DNA of 64,000 nucleotides, from NCBI GenBank assembly GCA_963719315.1, contig CAVRBU010000002.1, positions 640,001 to 704,000 of the forward strand. Reading direction: 5' to 3'. Made by a program: the position numbers and the translations under genes. The stretch comes from an uncultured Planctomycetota bacterium. Its GTDB lineage: Bacteria > Planctomycetota > Planctomycetia > Pirellulales > Lacipirellulaceae. The notes beneath the pieces were generated by a model that ran no database searches, was not told the origin of the DNA, and saw only the letters and a list, made by a program, of their open reading frames with translations. Positions 41,537-51,398 of this stretch are shown piece by piece. The number at the start of each line of letters is the position of its first letter. The stretch's first letter is position 1.

Positions 41537-42001
41537 CCGAAAGGTCTCCTTCCCTGAAGACGGTTCGTCGCCGAGCAGAAATTCGCCAATCGCGAATCGC
41601 TCGCCCGCGAGCGTATTTGGTGGGAGCCGGTCGGCCAGACCGCACCGGCATCCGTGGCAAGAGAGTCAATTCCCGCATGTGAGCGTTTTTCGGCGCAACT
41701 GGAAATTGTCCCCGCCTTTTCCATCGACGTTGCGGGGGCCGCAGTCGCTAGAATCAGCACAATGCGTGCGGATAATTCGTCGCACCCGCCGTTGCGACCG
41801 ATGCGGCAAGCAGCGCTTCCGCGACCCGTCAGCATCCCGCAGCCGGTAATCTTTGCGCCACAAGCAGCCGCCGCTCGATGCTAGCGAAGATAACCGGGCA
41901 TTTGGAAAGGACCACGGATGACATTAAACTGGCGATCGCCGGCTAGAATTCATCCGCCGCCATCCGCACACCCCGACCTCCGACCACTTATCCGCTCCGT
42001 A

Positions 42002-42619
42002 ATGCCATTCCTACGCAAACCCACGCCTGCCACGCTTCGCCGGATTCTGGCCCAGCAGTCGTCGCTCGAGTTCACCTATGACGAGGTTGGCGCGACGGCC
42101 GATCTTCCGGCATCGGCAGTCTCCCTTCCGTCTTGCTTCACCGTCGATCATACGCGCGTCGAACTCGGCGCCGGGCCGGCCGTGTTCGAGCGGGCGAAGT
42201 CGGGCCTCGCCCGCTGGCAACAATTCCGCCTCGGTTGGCTCGAAGCGTTCCCTGGTGACACGCCCCTTCGCGCCGGCGAAACGGTCCTCGTCGTCGCTCG
42301 TGCGGGCGGCTTGTGGTGGACCAACGCTGCCCGCATCGTTTACACCATCGATGAACAATCGGAAGCATCTACCCGCTTCGGCTTCGCCTATGGCACGCTC
42401 CCCGGCCACGTCGAATCGGGCGAAGAGCGATTCTTGATCGAATGGGATCGTGTGACCGGCGTCGTGTGGTTGGACATTCGGGCATTCTCTCGCCCGCGAC
42501 ATGTTCTCGTCCGCCTCAACCGCGGCCGCTCCCGCGCGATGCAGAAACGATTCGGCGCGGAGGCCGCCGTTGCGATGCGGCGAGCGGCCGACGGGGCAGG
42601 AAACAGGGGACAGGTTTGA
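42002..42619 (+). CDS. DUF1990 family protein
   Basis: FTYDEVGAT, RFGFAYGTLPGHVESGEERF, IRAFSRP. Confidence 0.9.
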   Translation: MPFLRKPTPATLRRILAQQSSLEFTYDEVGATADLPASAVSLPSCFTVDHTRVELGAGPAVFERAKSGLARWQQFRLGWLEAFPGDTPLRAGETVLVVARAGGLWWTNAARIVYTIDEQSEASTRFGFAYGTLPGHVESGEERFLIEWDRVTGVVWLDIRAFSRPRHVLVRLNRGRSRAMQKRFGAEAAVAMRRAADGAGNRGQV

Positions 42620-42678
42620 GAGGGCGCCCTGCAGCGCGCCTGATTTCCGAAAGTCCAACCAGACAGGAAGCCTCCTTG

Positions 42679-43425
42679 CTAATTCACTTTTGTCTGCGCC
42701 AGGAATGTGCGCGTGACTTCTTCGCGAGGACTCTCGAAGATTTGGTCTGGTGGGCCGCACTCAGCGACACGACCGGCGTGCATCACGTGGACGGTATGCG
42801 AGACATTGCGGGCGAAACCCATCGCGTGGGTGACGACGATCATCGTCTGACCACTTTGGGCCAGGTCGGTGATGACGCTGATCACCTCTGCCGCCATCCG
42901 CGGATCGAGGGCGCTCGTAGGCTCGTCGAACAATATGGCCTCGGGCTTCATTGCGAGCGCCCGGGCAATAGCCACGCGTTGCTGTTGTCCGCCAGAGAGT
43001 TGTTCGGGCATCGCAGTGAGTTTTTCGTCGAGGCCAACGCGGGCCAACAACTGCCTCGCCTCGGGTTCGGCTTCCTCGCGCTTGCAGTTTAGCACGTACA
43101 GCGGTCCGGCCAGCACATTTTCCAGTACGTTCATGTGCGGGAACAAGTGGAACTGTTGAAAGACCATCCCCACACGGCGGCGAAGGGCGCGCAGCGTGGT
43201 GGCCATTTCATGGTGCCCCGCGCCGGCCTGGAGTCGGACTTCATCCACCTGCACCTCGCCGGCTTGAAATGTCTCCAGCCCGTTGATGCAGCGGAGAAGC
43301 GTACTCTTGCCGCCGCCCGAGGGCCCGACTACCGCGGCCACTTCACCGCGAGAGACTGAGAGCGAAACGCCGTCGAGAACGCGGAGGTCGCCGTGATTCT
43401 TTACTAGGTTGCGGACGTCGATCAT
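42679..43425 (-). CDS. Polar amino-acid ABC transporter ATPase
   Basis: GPSGGGKST, LSGGQQQRVAIARALAM, FDEPTSALDP. Confidence 0.95.
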   Translation of the reverse strand: MIDVRNLVKNHGDLRVLDGVSLSVSRGEVAAVVGPSGGGKSTLLRCINGLETFQAGEVQVDEVRLQAGAGHHEMATTLRALRRRVGMVFQQFHLFPHMNVLENVLAGPLYVLNCKREEAEPEARQLLARVGLDEKLTAMPEQLSGGQQQRVAIARALAMKPEAILFDEPTSALDPRMAAEVISVITDLAQSGQTMIVVTHAMGFARNVSHTVHVMHAGRVAECGPPDQIFESPREEVTRTFLAQTKVN

Positions 43426-43489
43426 TGAAGGATGCAGGATACGGGATACGGGATGCTGGGGACAGGGATTGGAAGTATCGCCTTGAGTC

Positions 43490-44995
43490 TTATTGTGCAA
43501 CTGTTTTGAATCGTGTTTCCATACGGCGAGCGACTAAAGACAGCGGATAGCTCATCAGTAGATACAGTGTCGCGGTCATCAGGCCAAATTCCAGCATCAG
43601 CCGAGGGTGGTTGTTGATGAGAAAGCGATATTCTCCCGTTAGCTCAATGACCGAGATCATCGACACGACCGAAGTGTCTTTGAACAGCGCAATAAAGTCG
43701 TTGGTGACAGGCGGAATCACAATCCGCACGGCTTGGGGAACGATCACGCGGCGGAGCGCAGTTCGAGTGCTCATGCCGAGCGAGAGGGCAGCTTCCATCT
43801 GCCCGCGCGGGATCGCAAGCAGGCCGGCGCGGTAGTTTTCCGCTTCGTAGGCCGAGTAATTGATGGCGAGGCCGAGCACGCCGGTCCAGAACTCCGGCAG
43901 CGAAATGCCCGTGAACTGTGGGAGCAAGTAGTAAAGTACGAACAACTGCATCAAGAGCGGAGTTCCGCGGAGAAACTCGACGTAGGCTTCGAGCGGCAAG
44001 CGAATCCAGGTGGGTCCATATAGACGACCAAGTGCGACCAACAGCCCGATGGCTATCGCGAGCGGCATCGAAAGGAATGAGAGTTCCACGGTGACCAGTG
44101 CGGCCCTCAAAAGTTTGCCCAAGTAATACGGCATTTTCGCCCATCGCGACTCTTTCACACCCTGCGATGGTGGCCAATTCTTGGCAATCTCAACGAGCCG
44201 CAACTGGTCGTCGTTCCAAACGCCGTACTTCTCGTATAGTCGCCGCAGTGTACCATCGTCAATCGACTTGAGGATGGCTGCGTTGATTTGTTCACGAAGC
44301 CGCTCCTCACCCGGCCGAACGTAGCCGACGTAATAACCTGGCGCAACCGGTTCGCCGACGGAATGCAGCTTTGGGTATTGAGGCCCGTAGAAAGTGACAA
44401 TCGGAACGTCTTGCAGCGTGGCGTCGAGCGTCCCCTGCTCGACCATGCCCATCACCATCGTGATCTCAGGCAACTTCAAGAGCTCGACCGAGTCGCCAAA
44501 TTCCTTCTCGACATACCGGGCAGCGGCCGATCCTTGCAACACGCCGACACGCTTGGGCTTCTGCCCCGGCTTGGCTCGTAAATCGCTCCAGGACCCGATC
44601 GAGGCGTCGTCGGAGCGAGCCAGGAGCTGCAACTTGTAGACGTAATACGGGATGGTTGAGGGAGTCTCTCGCTCGCGCTCAGCCGACCATTCATATCCGT
44701 TTAGGACGATGTCGATGCTGCTCTGCTTAAGCTTTTGCGGCAGGGTCTCCCATTCCCACTGGACGAATTCCGGCCGGACGCCCAACTCGCGGGCCAAGTG
44801 GTCCAGCAACTCGTATTCGAAACCGACCAGCTTACTGTCGGCACCCTCGTAGATGTACGGCCCGCCGCCGCTCGCGTCGCCGCCCCAACGGAGCGCGCCG
44901 CGCTCGTGGACTTGGTCCAGCGTGTCCTCGGCGGCTGCCGTCGAGGGAATCGTGGACAGCAGCACCGTGACAAGCACGTACAAGCGGATGCGCAT
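43490..44995 (-). CDS. Polar amino-acid ABC transporter, fused substrate-binding and permease domains
   Basis: SBP family 3 N-terminus; FLRGTPLLMQL, GQMEAALSLGM, LFKDTS. Confidence 0.93.
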   Translation of the reverse strand: MRIRLYVLVTVLLSTIPSTAAAEDTLDQVHERGALRWGGDASGGGPYIYEGADSKLVGFEYELLDHLARELGVRPEFVQWEWETLPQKLKQSSIDIVLNGYEWSAERERETPSTIPYYVYKLQLLARSDDASIGSWSDLRAKPGQKPKRVGVLQGSAAARYVEKEFGDSVELLKLPEITMVMGMVEQGTLDATLQDVPIVTFYGPQYPKLHSVGEPVAPGYYVGYVRPGEERLREQINAAILKSIDDGTLRRLYEKYGVWNDDQLRLVEIAKNWPPSQGVKESRWAKMPYYLGKLLRAALVTVELSFLSMPLAIAIGLLVALGRLYGPTWIRLPLEAYVEFLRGTPLLMQLFVLYYLLPQFTGISLPEFWTGVLGLAINYSAYEAENYRAGLLAIPRGQMEAALSLGMSTRTALRRVIVPQAVRIVIPPVTNDFIALFKDTSVVSMISVIELTGEYRFLINNHPRLMLEFGLMTATLYLLMSYPLSLVARRMETRFKTVAQ

Positions 44996-45242
44996 TGAGT
45001 GCCCCTCCTTACTGGATCGAAACGTGCTCCTCGAGCGACAGCGCTATTCGGAGCGCGAAGAAGCAACGAAGTATGTCGCAGGCTGCGAGTTCCCGCAATC
45101 GTTATTGACGGTCACTGCTGCGGGCAAAGCAAGACAGGTAGATTTCCTGCACGGTAGTCGCGCACCTTCGACTGAAAAAAGCAATCGAGAACCTGCCGCC
45201 AGTTGAGAAGAAATTCGGGCCGGAGCAATGCTCCGTCTACGG

Positions 45243-45737
45243 TTATTGATAGCCGCCTTTTGCGGCGGGGTCGGGAGAGAGGATAAGACATTGTGGCAGT
45301 TGTTGCTGAAGGTATCGAATCAAGTCTTGATCGACGTTTGGATTGCCGCCGACGTCCAGAGCGATATTGGACTTCCCCGCCTCATTAATTCCTTCAAGCA
45401 GGCGAATCTGTCTTATGTAAGGGACCATTGATTTAATAGCGTCGGCGGTCGCAGTTCGGAGACCGATGGCTGGAACGTAGACGAAATACTCGTCACCCAA
45501 CAATTTATTTTGCCACGCTGGCCGTCGGTTAACGCCCGACTTGCCACTGATAACCTGATTTGAGTTGCCTTCAATACGAACGCGAACCGGCTTACCGCCA
45601 AGAGCCTCGATTTGTAGCACGGCAGCGGCCTGTTGCTTCGCCGCGTTGATCTTGTATCCAAGTATTCCGAGTGCGATGGCGGCACACGTGAAAACGATCA
45701 TCAGTGCACGAAGAGAAAATTTACGAAATCGGGACAC
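45243..45737 (-). CDS. Hypothetical membrane-anchored protein
   Basis: KFSLRALMIVFT planctomycete-type N-terminal TM. Confidence 0.7.
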   Translation of the reverse strand: MSRFRKFSLRALMIVFTCAAIALGILGYKINAAKQQAAAVLQIEALGGKPVRVRIEGNSNQVISGKSGVNRRPAWQNKLLGDEYFVYVPAIGLRTATADAIKSMVPYIRQIRLLEGINEAGKSNIALDVGGNPNVDQDLIRYLQQQLPQCLILSPDPAAKGGYQ

Positions 45738-45901
45738 GGCGTTATTTCCTTGAACGTGATCGATCTATTGGAATTCAACGATCAAAGCGGCAGAACAAGC
45801 GCCGTTTAACCCCCGACCGTGGGCTACTAGTCGACTTCGCGGCGCACCATGGTGTGCGTCCTGACCGGCTGGGAATTGGCTCGCAAATTCAGCGACCATA
45901 G

Positions 45902-46480
45902 TCAGGCACTCTGCAATTCTTGTTCGACGATCTGCCGAGCGCGTAAGGTGGCTTCGTTCGCGACCGGTCGCGTGCGTGAAATAATGTAGGCCGCGATGAA
46001 ACCGCTCAGCGCGGAAAGCCCAAGCGTCCAACCGGCCGCTAACGATTCGCCGATCGCGACCCACCCTGCCGAACGGCTGGAACTCAATGTAATGTACGGA
46101 ATGGACGGCTGGTGCGGTGAGGGTGGTGCGTATGAGGCCACAGGTGGCTGCATCGGCACTGGGTAAACTGTTGGGGCATACGTTGGAACCCGCTGAATGT
46201 TTAGCCCCATTACGTGTTGCCAGGCGAAATCGGGCACGTACCGGTTGAACGGCTGTTGCAGATTGAGCCCGCCGCAGAGGAGGATCACGACCGCGAAACC
46301 GGACCAATAAGCCCGCCGCTTTCCCCTGGAGTAAATCGCCAAAAACAGCGATGCGACCAATATTAACAGCAGCATACTCCGGCGCACGTCCTGCGAGCCG
46401 GTGAATCCGCTGAACGTCGATAGCCATAACGCCATCAACGCAAAACCAATCAGTAGCGATCTCGTGCCAAAGCGGGGCAT
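45902..46480 (-). CDS. Hypothetical membrane protein
   Basis: MPRFGTRSLLIGF start, about 4 TM segments. Confidence 0.7.
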   Translation of the reverse strand: MPRFGTRSLLIGFALMALWLSTFSGFTGSQDVRRSMLLLILVASLFLAIYSRGKRRAYWSGFAVVILLCGGLNLQQPFNRYVPDFAWQHVMGLNIQRVPTYAPTVYPVPMQPPVASYAPPSPHQPSIPYITLSSSRSAGWVAIGESLAAGWTLGLSALSGFIAAYIISRTRPVANEATLRARQIVEQELQSA

Positions 46481-46587
46481 GCCGGTGAATGTACCATCTG
46501 GCGTGAGCCGAGCCTATGGCGTTAGCCTGCCCGTACTGGTGCCTCGACCCTGATGGCACGCTCGACCGGTGTGGTACAATCCCAATC

Positions 46588-47742
46588 ATGGCGAATCGAA
46601 AGAAACTCTTGCGCCGGACGAAGCCGCGAATTCGCCGACGGTCGGCGGTCGGCGCGAAGCCCGGGACGGTCACGATCCAGCCCGACGCGCAGCCCACAAC
46701 CATCCGGGTAATGGCCTACGACCAGGACCACGTCGTCGAAAAGACCATCGACGACCCAAAGGAATTGCGCGAGCTCATCGGAAAATGGCCCGTCCTGTGG
46801 GTCGATGTCGTCGGCCTCGGTAGCGAGCAGACGCTACGGGCGATTGCCGAAACATTCCACCTTCACCCGCTTGCGCTCGAAGATGTCGTGCATCTTCACC
46901 AGCGGGCTAAAGTGGACCCTTACGGTGAGAATCTGTACATCGTCATGCGGATTCCCGATAAGTCTCGCGAGCAGATTTGTGAGCAGTTCAGTTTGATCCT
47001 GGGCAAGAATTACCTGGTAACGTTTCAGGAAAGGCCGGGAGACTTTTTCGATCTGGTGCGCGCCGGCGTCCGGCTTAAAGATAGTGCGGCGCGGCAAGGG
47101 ATTCATCCCGATTATCTCGCCTACCGATTGATCGACGCTGCGATCGACGCGTATTTCCCCGTGCTGGAAGCGATCGGCGATCACCTGGATGAGCTGGACG
47201 ATCCGGCAGCCGTCCAGAATACACAAACAGCGTTTGCCGATTTGCACGTAGTGCGGCGCGAACTCCTAATGTTGCGACGGGCCATCTGGCCCCTCCGCGA
47301 TGCGATCAGCGAGCTGCGCTCGGAGATTACGCCCTTCGTGACCGATGCGACCCGCGTGTACCTACGCGATTGCTACGACCACGCCGTGCAATTGATCGAC
47401 TTGATGGAGTCGTATCGCGATATCGCCGGCGATGTGCGCGACTACTACCTGTCCACGATTAGTAATCGCATGAACGAGATCATGAAGACGCTCACGCTGA
47501 TCGCCACGATCTTCATGCCGATCACGTTCTTGGCCGGTGTGTGGGGCATGAATTTCAATCCGGAATCCTCACCCTGGAATATGCCGGAGTTGAATTGGCG
47601 ATATGGCTATCCGGCATCGCTCGGGCTCATGGCGCTCATGACAGTAGGCATGGTGTGGTATTTTAAGCGCCGAGGCTGGCTCAAAGGCTTGATCAGCGAA
47701 GCGAAGTCGGACTCGAGTCGTGAAGACACGAATAGTAGCTGA
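46588..47742 (+). CDS. corA: Mg2+/Co2+ transporter CorA
   Basis: LHPLALED, YLRDCYDH, MNEIMKTLT, GMNF, MPELNWRYGY. Confidence 0.97.
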   Translation: MANRKKLLRRTKPRIRRRSAVGAKPGTVTIQPDAQPTTIRVMAYDQDHVVEKTIDDPKELRELIGKWPVLWVDVVGLGSEQTLRAIAETFHLHPLALEDVVHLHQRAKVDPYGENLYIVMRIPDKSREQICEQFSLILGKNYLVTFQERPGDFFDLVRAGVRLKDSAARQGIHPDYLAYRLIDAAIDAYFPVLEAIGDHLDELDDPAAVQNTQTAFADLHVVRRELLMLRRAIWPLRDAISELRSEITPFVTDATRVYLRDCYDHAVQLIDLMESYRDIAGDVRDYYLSTISNRMNEIMKTLTLIATIFMPITFLAGVWGMNFNPESSPWNMPELNWRYGYPASLGLMALMTVGMVWYFKRRGWLKGLISEAKSDSSREDTNSS

Positions 47743-47799
47743 ATTGGCAAAATTCAGCCGAGTGATGAACTGAATTCTTGCGAATTCAGCTATACCCTA

Positions 47800-48801
47800 T
47801 CACGCCGCAGCTTCGGCGAGCTTTGGACCGTCGTTCTCGTCGCCTGCTAAGTGGGGCAGTAATTCCCACCGGCGTTCGCCCTCTATCGCTTCAGGCGACA
47901 GGGAATCAATGAACTCGAGTCTCGGCAACAGGCCTTTCCCGTGGGCGACTTGAATTGCGAGACCCGGTCGGGCATTGGCCTCGAGCACGACGGCGCCAAC
48001 ATTGGCGTCGATCACGAAATCGACGCCGATGTAACCCATCTCGAGTACGTCGGAAAGTTTCATCGCGGCGGCCAATAGTTCACGCCAACCGGGAATCTCC
48101 AGTCCGGCGATTGGTTCGCCTGTATCCGGGTGGTGTGTGATCGCGCGGTTCTGGCATACCCCGCCGAACGTGCGACCGGTAACGAGATGCACCGCGGCCG
48201 CCGCGGCGCCTTGATGCAAATTCGCCCGACCCTCGGATTGCGTCGTCGGCAGGCGGACCATTGCCATCACAGGGACGCTCTTGTACAAAATCACGCGGAT
48301 ATCGGGCGTGCCGCCGATGGCGATTCGCTGCATCGTCGGATGCATGATGATTCGCTGCTCGACGATCGCTCTATCGACCTGTCCGCCGAGCGAATACAAG
48401 CCGGAAAGAATCGTCGAAATATGGTACGCGAGCTCGCCCTCGCTAATCGTGCGGCCGCTGGATGTTTCGAATTCCTTGCCCTTGCGGCGGGCGACGACCA
48501 CAATACCGCGGCCAGCCGAACCCGAGGCTGGCTTCACGACGAACTCGCTTCGGTCGGCAATCAATTGCGAAAATCGCCGCACGTCGCCATAGCGGCGAAT
48601 CACCGCGTACGTTTCCGGCACCGGAATGTCGTGAAGCTGGCAATAGTCTTTCGTGATCGTCTTGTCGTCCACGCGCGGGTAAAACGCGCGCGGGTTGTTC
48701 GCCTGCACGAACGCCAAGTTGCGGCGATTGATACCGAGCACGCCGGCCTTTTCCAATTCGATTGGCCAGGCCAGGAGCCGCTGTCGCATGTTGCCGAACA
48801 T
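47800..48801 (-). CDS. Alpha-L-glutamate ligase-like (RimK-related) ATP-grasp protein
   Basis: GVLGINRRN, YPRVDDK, FVVKP..GS.GRGI, GTPDIRVI, ANLHQG, LEANARPGLAIQ; TGATG coupling to the upstream gene. Confidence 0.92.
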   Translation of the reverse strand: MFGNMRQRLLAWPIELEKAGVLGINRRNLAFVQANNPRAFYPRVDDKTITKDYCQLHDIPVPETYAVIRRYGDVRRFSQLIADRSEFVVKPASGSAGRGIVVVARRKGKEFETSSGRTISEGELAYHISTILSGLYSLGGQVDRAIVEQRIIMHPTMQRIAIGGTPDIRVILYKSVPVMAMVRLPTTQSEGRANLHQGAAAAAVHLVTGRTFGGVCQNRAITHHPDTGEPIAGLEIPGWRELLAAAMKLSDVLEMGYIGVDFVIDANVGAVVLEANARPGLAIQVAHGKGLLPRLEFIDSLSPEAIEGERRWELLPHLAGDENDGPKLAEAAA

Positions 48802-50396
48802 CAGGCCGCCTCTCGGGGTGCGACCAGATCTCGGAACCGCCACAACTCGGTCAGCCGGTAGCCGGCATATCGGCCGAGCACGATGAAAACCGCGATCGTG
48901 AAGAAGTGTGCTTCCGGATACGTGAGAACGAAGCTGCCGACAGACTTCGAACCCAGAACCAGGTAACACAACAGCGCGACCGTTAACGTGCCGGCCGCGA
49001 GTTTGAGTGTATGCAGCATGCCGTCTTCATCGGCGCTGACGTGGAACCGCTCGATCAAGTTCGTGAGGATGATCATCGGCAATAGCACGACTTCAGCGCG
49101 CATTGAAGGCATCCAAAAGTGCAACGCGGAGATACCGAATACAACGCTTAGGATCACAAGCGTCAGGATTATGCTCAACCGCGGCACGGTAAGTAGACGC
49201 AGCCCCTCGAGCGCCCAGCGGCCGATCAATCCGACCGTAAACACCAACAACACGATCGCCAGGCCGGTCTTCCAATCGGCGTAGATGAAACTCATTGCCA
49301 GCAGCGCCGGCGAGAACGTGCCAAACGTGCCCACCCCGATCACGTTTCGTAAGAACGTGGTGATGAGCGCCGCGAACGGCAGTAGCAACAAGATCTTCAT
49401 GACCACGTGCATTTTGACCGGCAGTCGGCGCAGGTTGAGAATCTGCAAAGGGTCCTGCAGCTCGGCCTGCGTAACGAGCGGGTCGGGCGGCAGCCGCTTG
49501 ATCGAGTAGCCGATCTTGAGACCCTTCACGTTTTGAGAGGTGTAAGGCACGTCGGCATCGCGGCGGACGGGCACGTACTCCATCGGCAAATTGAGCGAAA
49601 ATCCGTTCGTGGGATCGAATGGCTCCCACCGCTGGTGCTGAAACACTTCGGCCCAAACGTGCGGCTGAATGTCGGCGCCTTGTCGCACGACGAAGCCCGC
49701 CACTAGTCGCGCCGGCAGACCGAGCGCGCGGCAAAGCGTGACCATCGCGCGGGCCCGCGCTTTGGGCGAACCGTGTTTCGTGGTGAGCGCGATTTTGGCG
49801 TCGTCCGTCGGCAACTCGTCCGTCGAATCGATTGCCGAACAATACTCGAACGCCCATTGCAGCCGCTCGAAATCGGTCTGCGCATCGGCCGGAGCACTTT
49901 GAGCAATCTGCTTCACGGCGGGTTCCGTCGTCGGCAGTTCGACTTCCGGCCGCAAAAACCGGTCGCGCGAAGGCAGGCTTTCCAGCGAGCTGTGGCCCTC
50001 TTCGATCCGCGGACTCAAACGCAGCACGAACTTCGCTTTCACTTCATAGGGAGCCGGAGCAATTTGCCGCGTGGAAAGAACAAGTAGCCGGTTCCCGGTG
50101 ACAGTGTAGGGTCGCGTAGTTTTAGAACGCAGGTTCGGGTTCGTAAGGACCGCACTTTCGCGGCTGCGATCCATTTGGCAATGCCGTGTATCGAACGGCA
50201 CGCCCAACCGCACTTGCGATTGTTCCTGGCCTTTGGACTCGATCGCTTCGAAATGTGCGTCATATGTCAATTCCCAAAACGTATCCTCGTGTGCAGCCTC
50301 GTCGCGACTGATCGCTTCCCGCCGCAACTCGAGACACACTGTGCCTAGAATCACAAAACCGAAGATGGCCAACACGCTCAATGAGTGTGAATTCAT
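48801..50396 (-). CDS. Inactive transglutaminase-like domain fused to a 7TM domain
   Basis: LCRALGLPARLVAG, HVWAEV and FDP present, but the catalytic Cys position reads HGSPK; 7TM motifs RNVIGVGTFGTFSPAL, VPRL, PMIILT..IER. Confidence 0.88.
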   Translation of the reverse strand: MNSHSLSVLAIFGFVILGTVCLELRREAISRDEAAHEDTFWELTYDAHFEAIESKGQEQSQVRLGVPFDTRHCQMDRSRESAVLTNPNLRSKTTRPYTVTGNRLLVLSTRQIAPAPYEVKAKFVLRLSPRIEEGHSSLESLPSRDRFLRPEVELPTTEPAVKQIAQSAPADAQTDFERLQWAFEYCSAIDSTDELPTDDAKIALTTKHGSPKARARAMVTLCRALGLPARLVAGFVVRQGADIQPHVWAEVFQHQRWEPFDPTNGFSLNLPMEYVPVRRDADVPYTSQNVKGLKIGYSIKRLPPDPLVTQAELQDPLQILNLRRLPVKMHVVMKILLLLPFAALITTFLRNVIGVGTFGTFSPALLAMSFIYADWKTGLAIVLLVFTVGLIGRWALEGLRLLTVPRLSIILTLVILSVVFGISALHFWMPSMRAEVVLLPMIILTNLIERFHVSADEDGMLHTLKLAAGTLTVALLCYLVLGSKSVGSFVLTYPEAHFFTIAVFIVLGRYAGYRLTELWRFRDLVAPREAA

Positions 50397-50633
50397 GGGG
50401 AGTCTTCTCGTCGGCCGACGCGGCGACCGCTTGTTCCTAAAACGCGGGCTATGATCAAATATAGGTTTGGATCGACGCGACTCGGCTCGGCTGCCACTGG
50501 GCAACAAGACTGGATTCACGTTCCTCAAAGTCGTTGCGGCCGGTAAAATGCGACCATTCTGAAAAACGCGGCGATGTGTCTCGAACGTCGGCGATCATTG
50601 GCCGAGGAGTTGTTGGGTATGACTTCTGTACGT

Positions 50634-51188
50634 ATGGAATTGAACCGAACTGCCGCCATTGGTCGCGGCCTATTGCCCGCTGTCGTGGCGGCACTTGCGA
50701 TAGGATTGGTGAGTGTCATGAATATGTCGGGCAAAGATTCCCCTGGGAAAAAAGCGAAACGCATCATCGGGGCAACGGCCGAATTGACCGAGGTCAGCTC
50801 TGGCATTGCATTTCCAGCCCGCATCGACACCGGGGCCGAAACGTGCTCGCTGCACGTGGAGCACATCGAAATCCAAGACAAAACAGCCCGGCGCGTGCAC
50901 AACGTCGGCAAGACGATCCGCATACTGTTGAAAGGCAAGGACGGTAAGTCGCATTGGATTGAAGGCGTCGTCGCCGACGCGGTGCGCGTGAAGTCGTCGT
51001 CTCTGCCAACCGGCGATTACGACCATCGCTACAAGGTGCGGCTCACGCTCGAATGGAAAGATGTTCGCAAGGAAGTATTGGTGACGCTCAACGATCGCAC
51101 GGATATGGAGTACCCGCTCCTTGTGGGCCGAAATTTCTTAAGGGGCGATTTCCTGGTGGACGTTTCTCAAGACGGCGGCGAAGGCTAG
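50634..51188 (+). CDS. RimK-associated retropepsin-like protease (RimB / 'ATP-dependent Zn protease' family), exported
   Basis: ARIDTGAETCSLH, VTLNDRTDMEYPLLVGRNFL; N-terminal TM/signal. Confidence 0.9.
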   Translation: MELNRTAAIGRGLLPAVVAALAIGLVSVMNMSGKDSPGKKAKRIIGATAELTEVSSGIAFPARIDTGAETCSLHVEHIEIQDKTARRVHNVGKTIRILLKGKDGKSHWIEGVVADAVRVKSSSLPTGDYDHRYKVRLTLEWKDVRKEVLVTLNDRTDMEYPLLVGRNFLRGDFLVDVSQDGGEG

Positions 51189-51398
51189 CAGACTGTCTGG
51201 CTTCGCGTCACGGCAATTGCCACTTGCGGCCGATTGATAGCACGCTAGCAACCACACCCAAGTTGACCACTGGGCAAAAATCGCCATACTACGCGGCCAA
51301 CCTCGCGTCGGTCGCCCGCGGCCGCCGTTTGTCCCACCCCCGCGTTGGGCTGCCAAGCCCGACGCCCCGCGCGACCCAATCAAGGAAGAGAGGGCACC

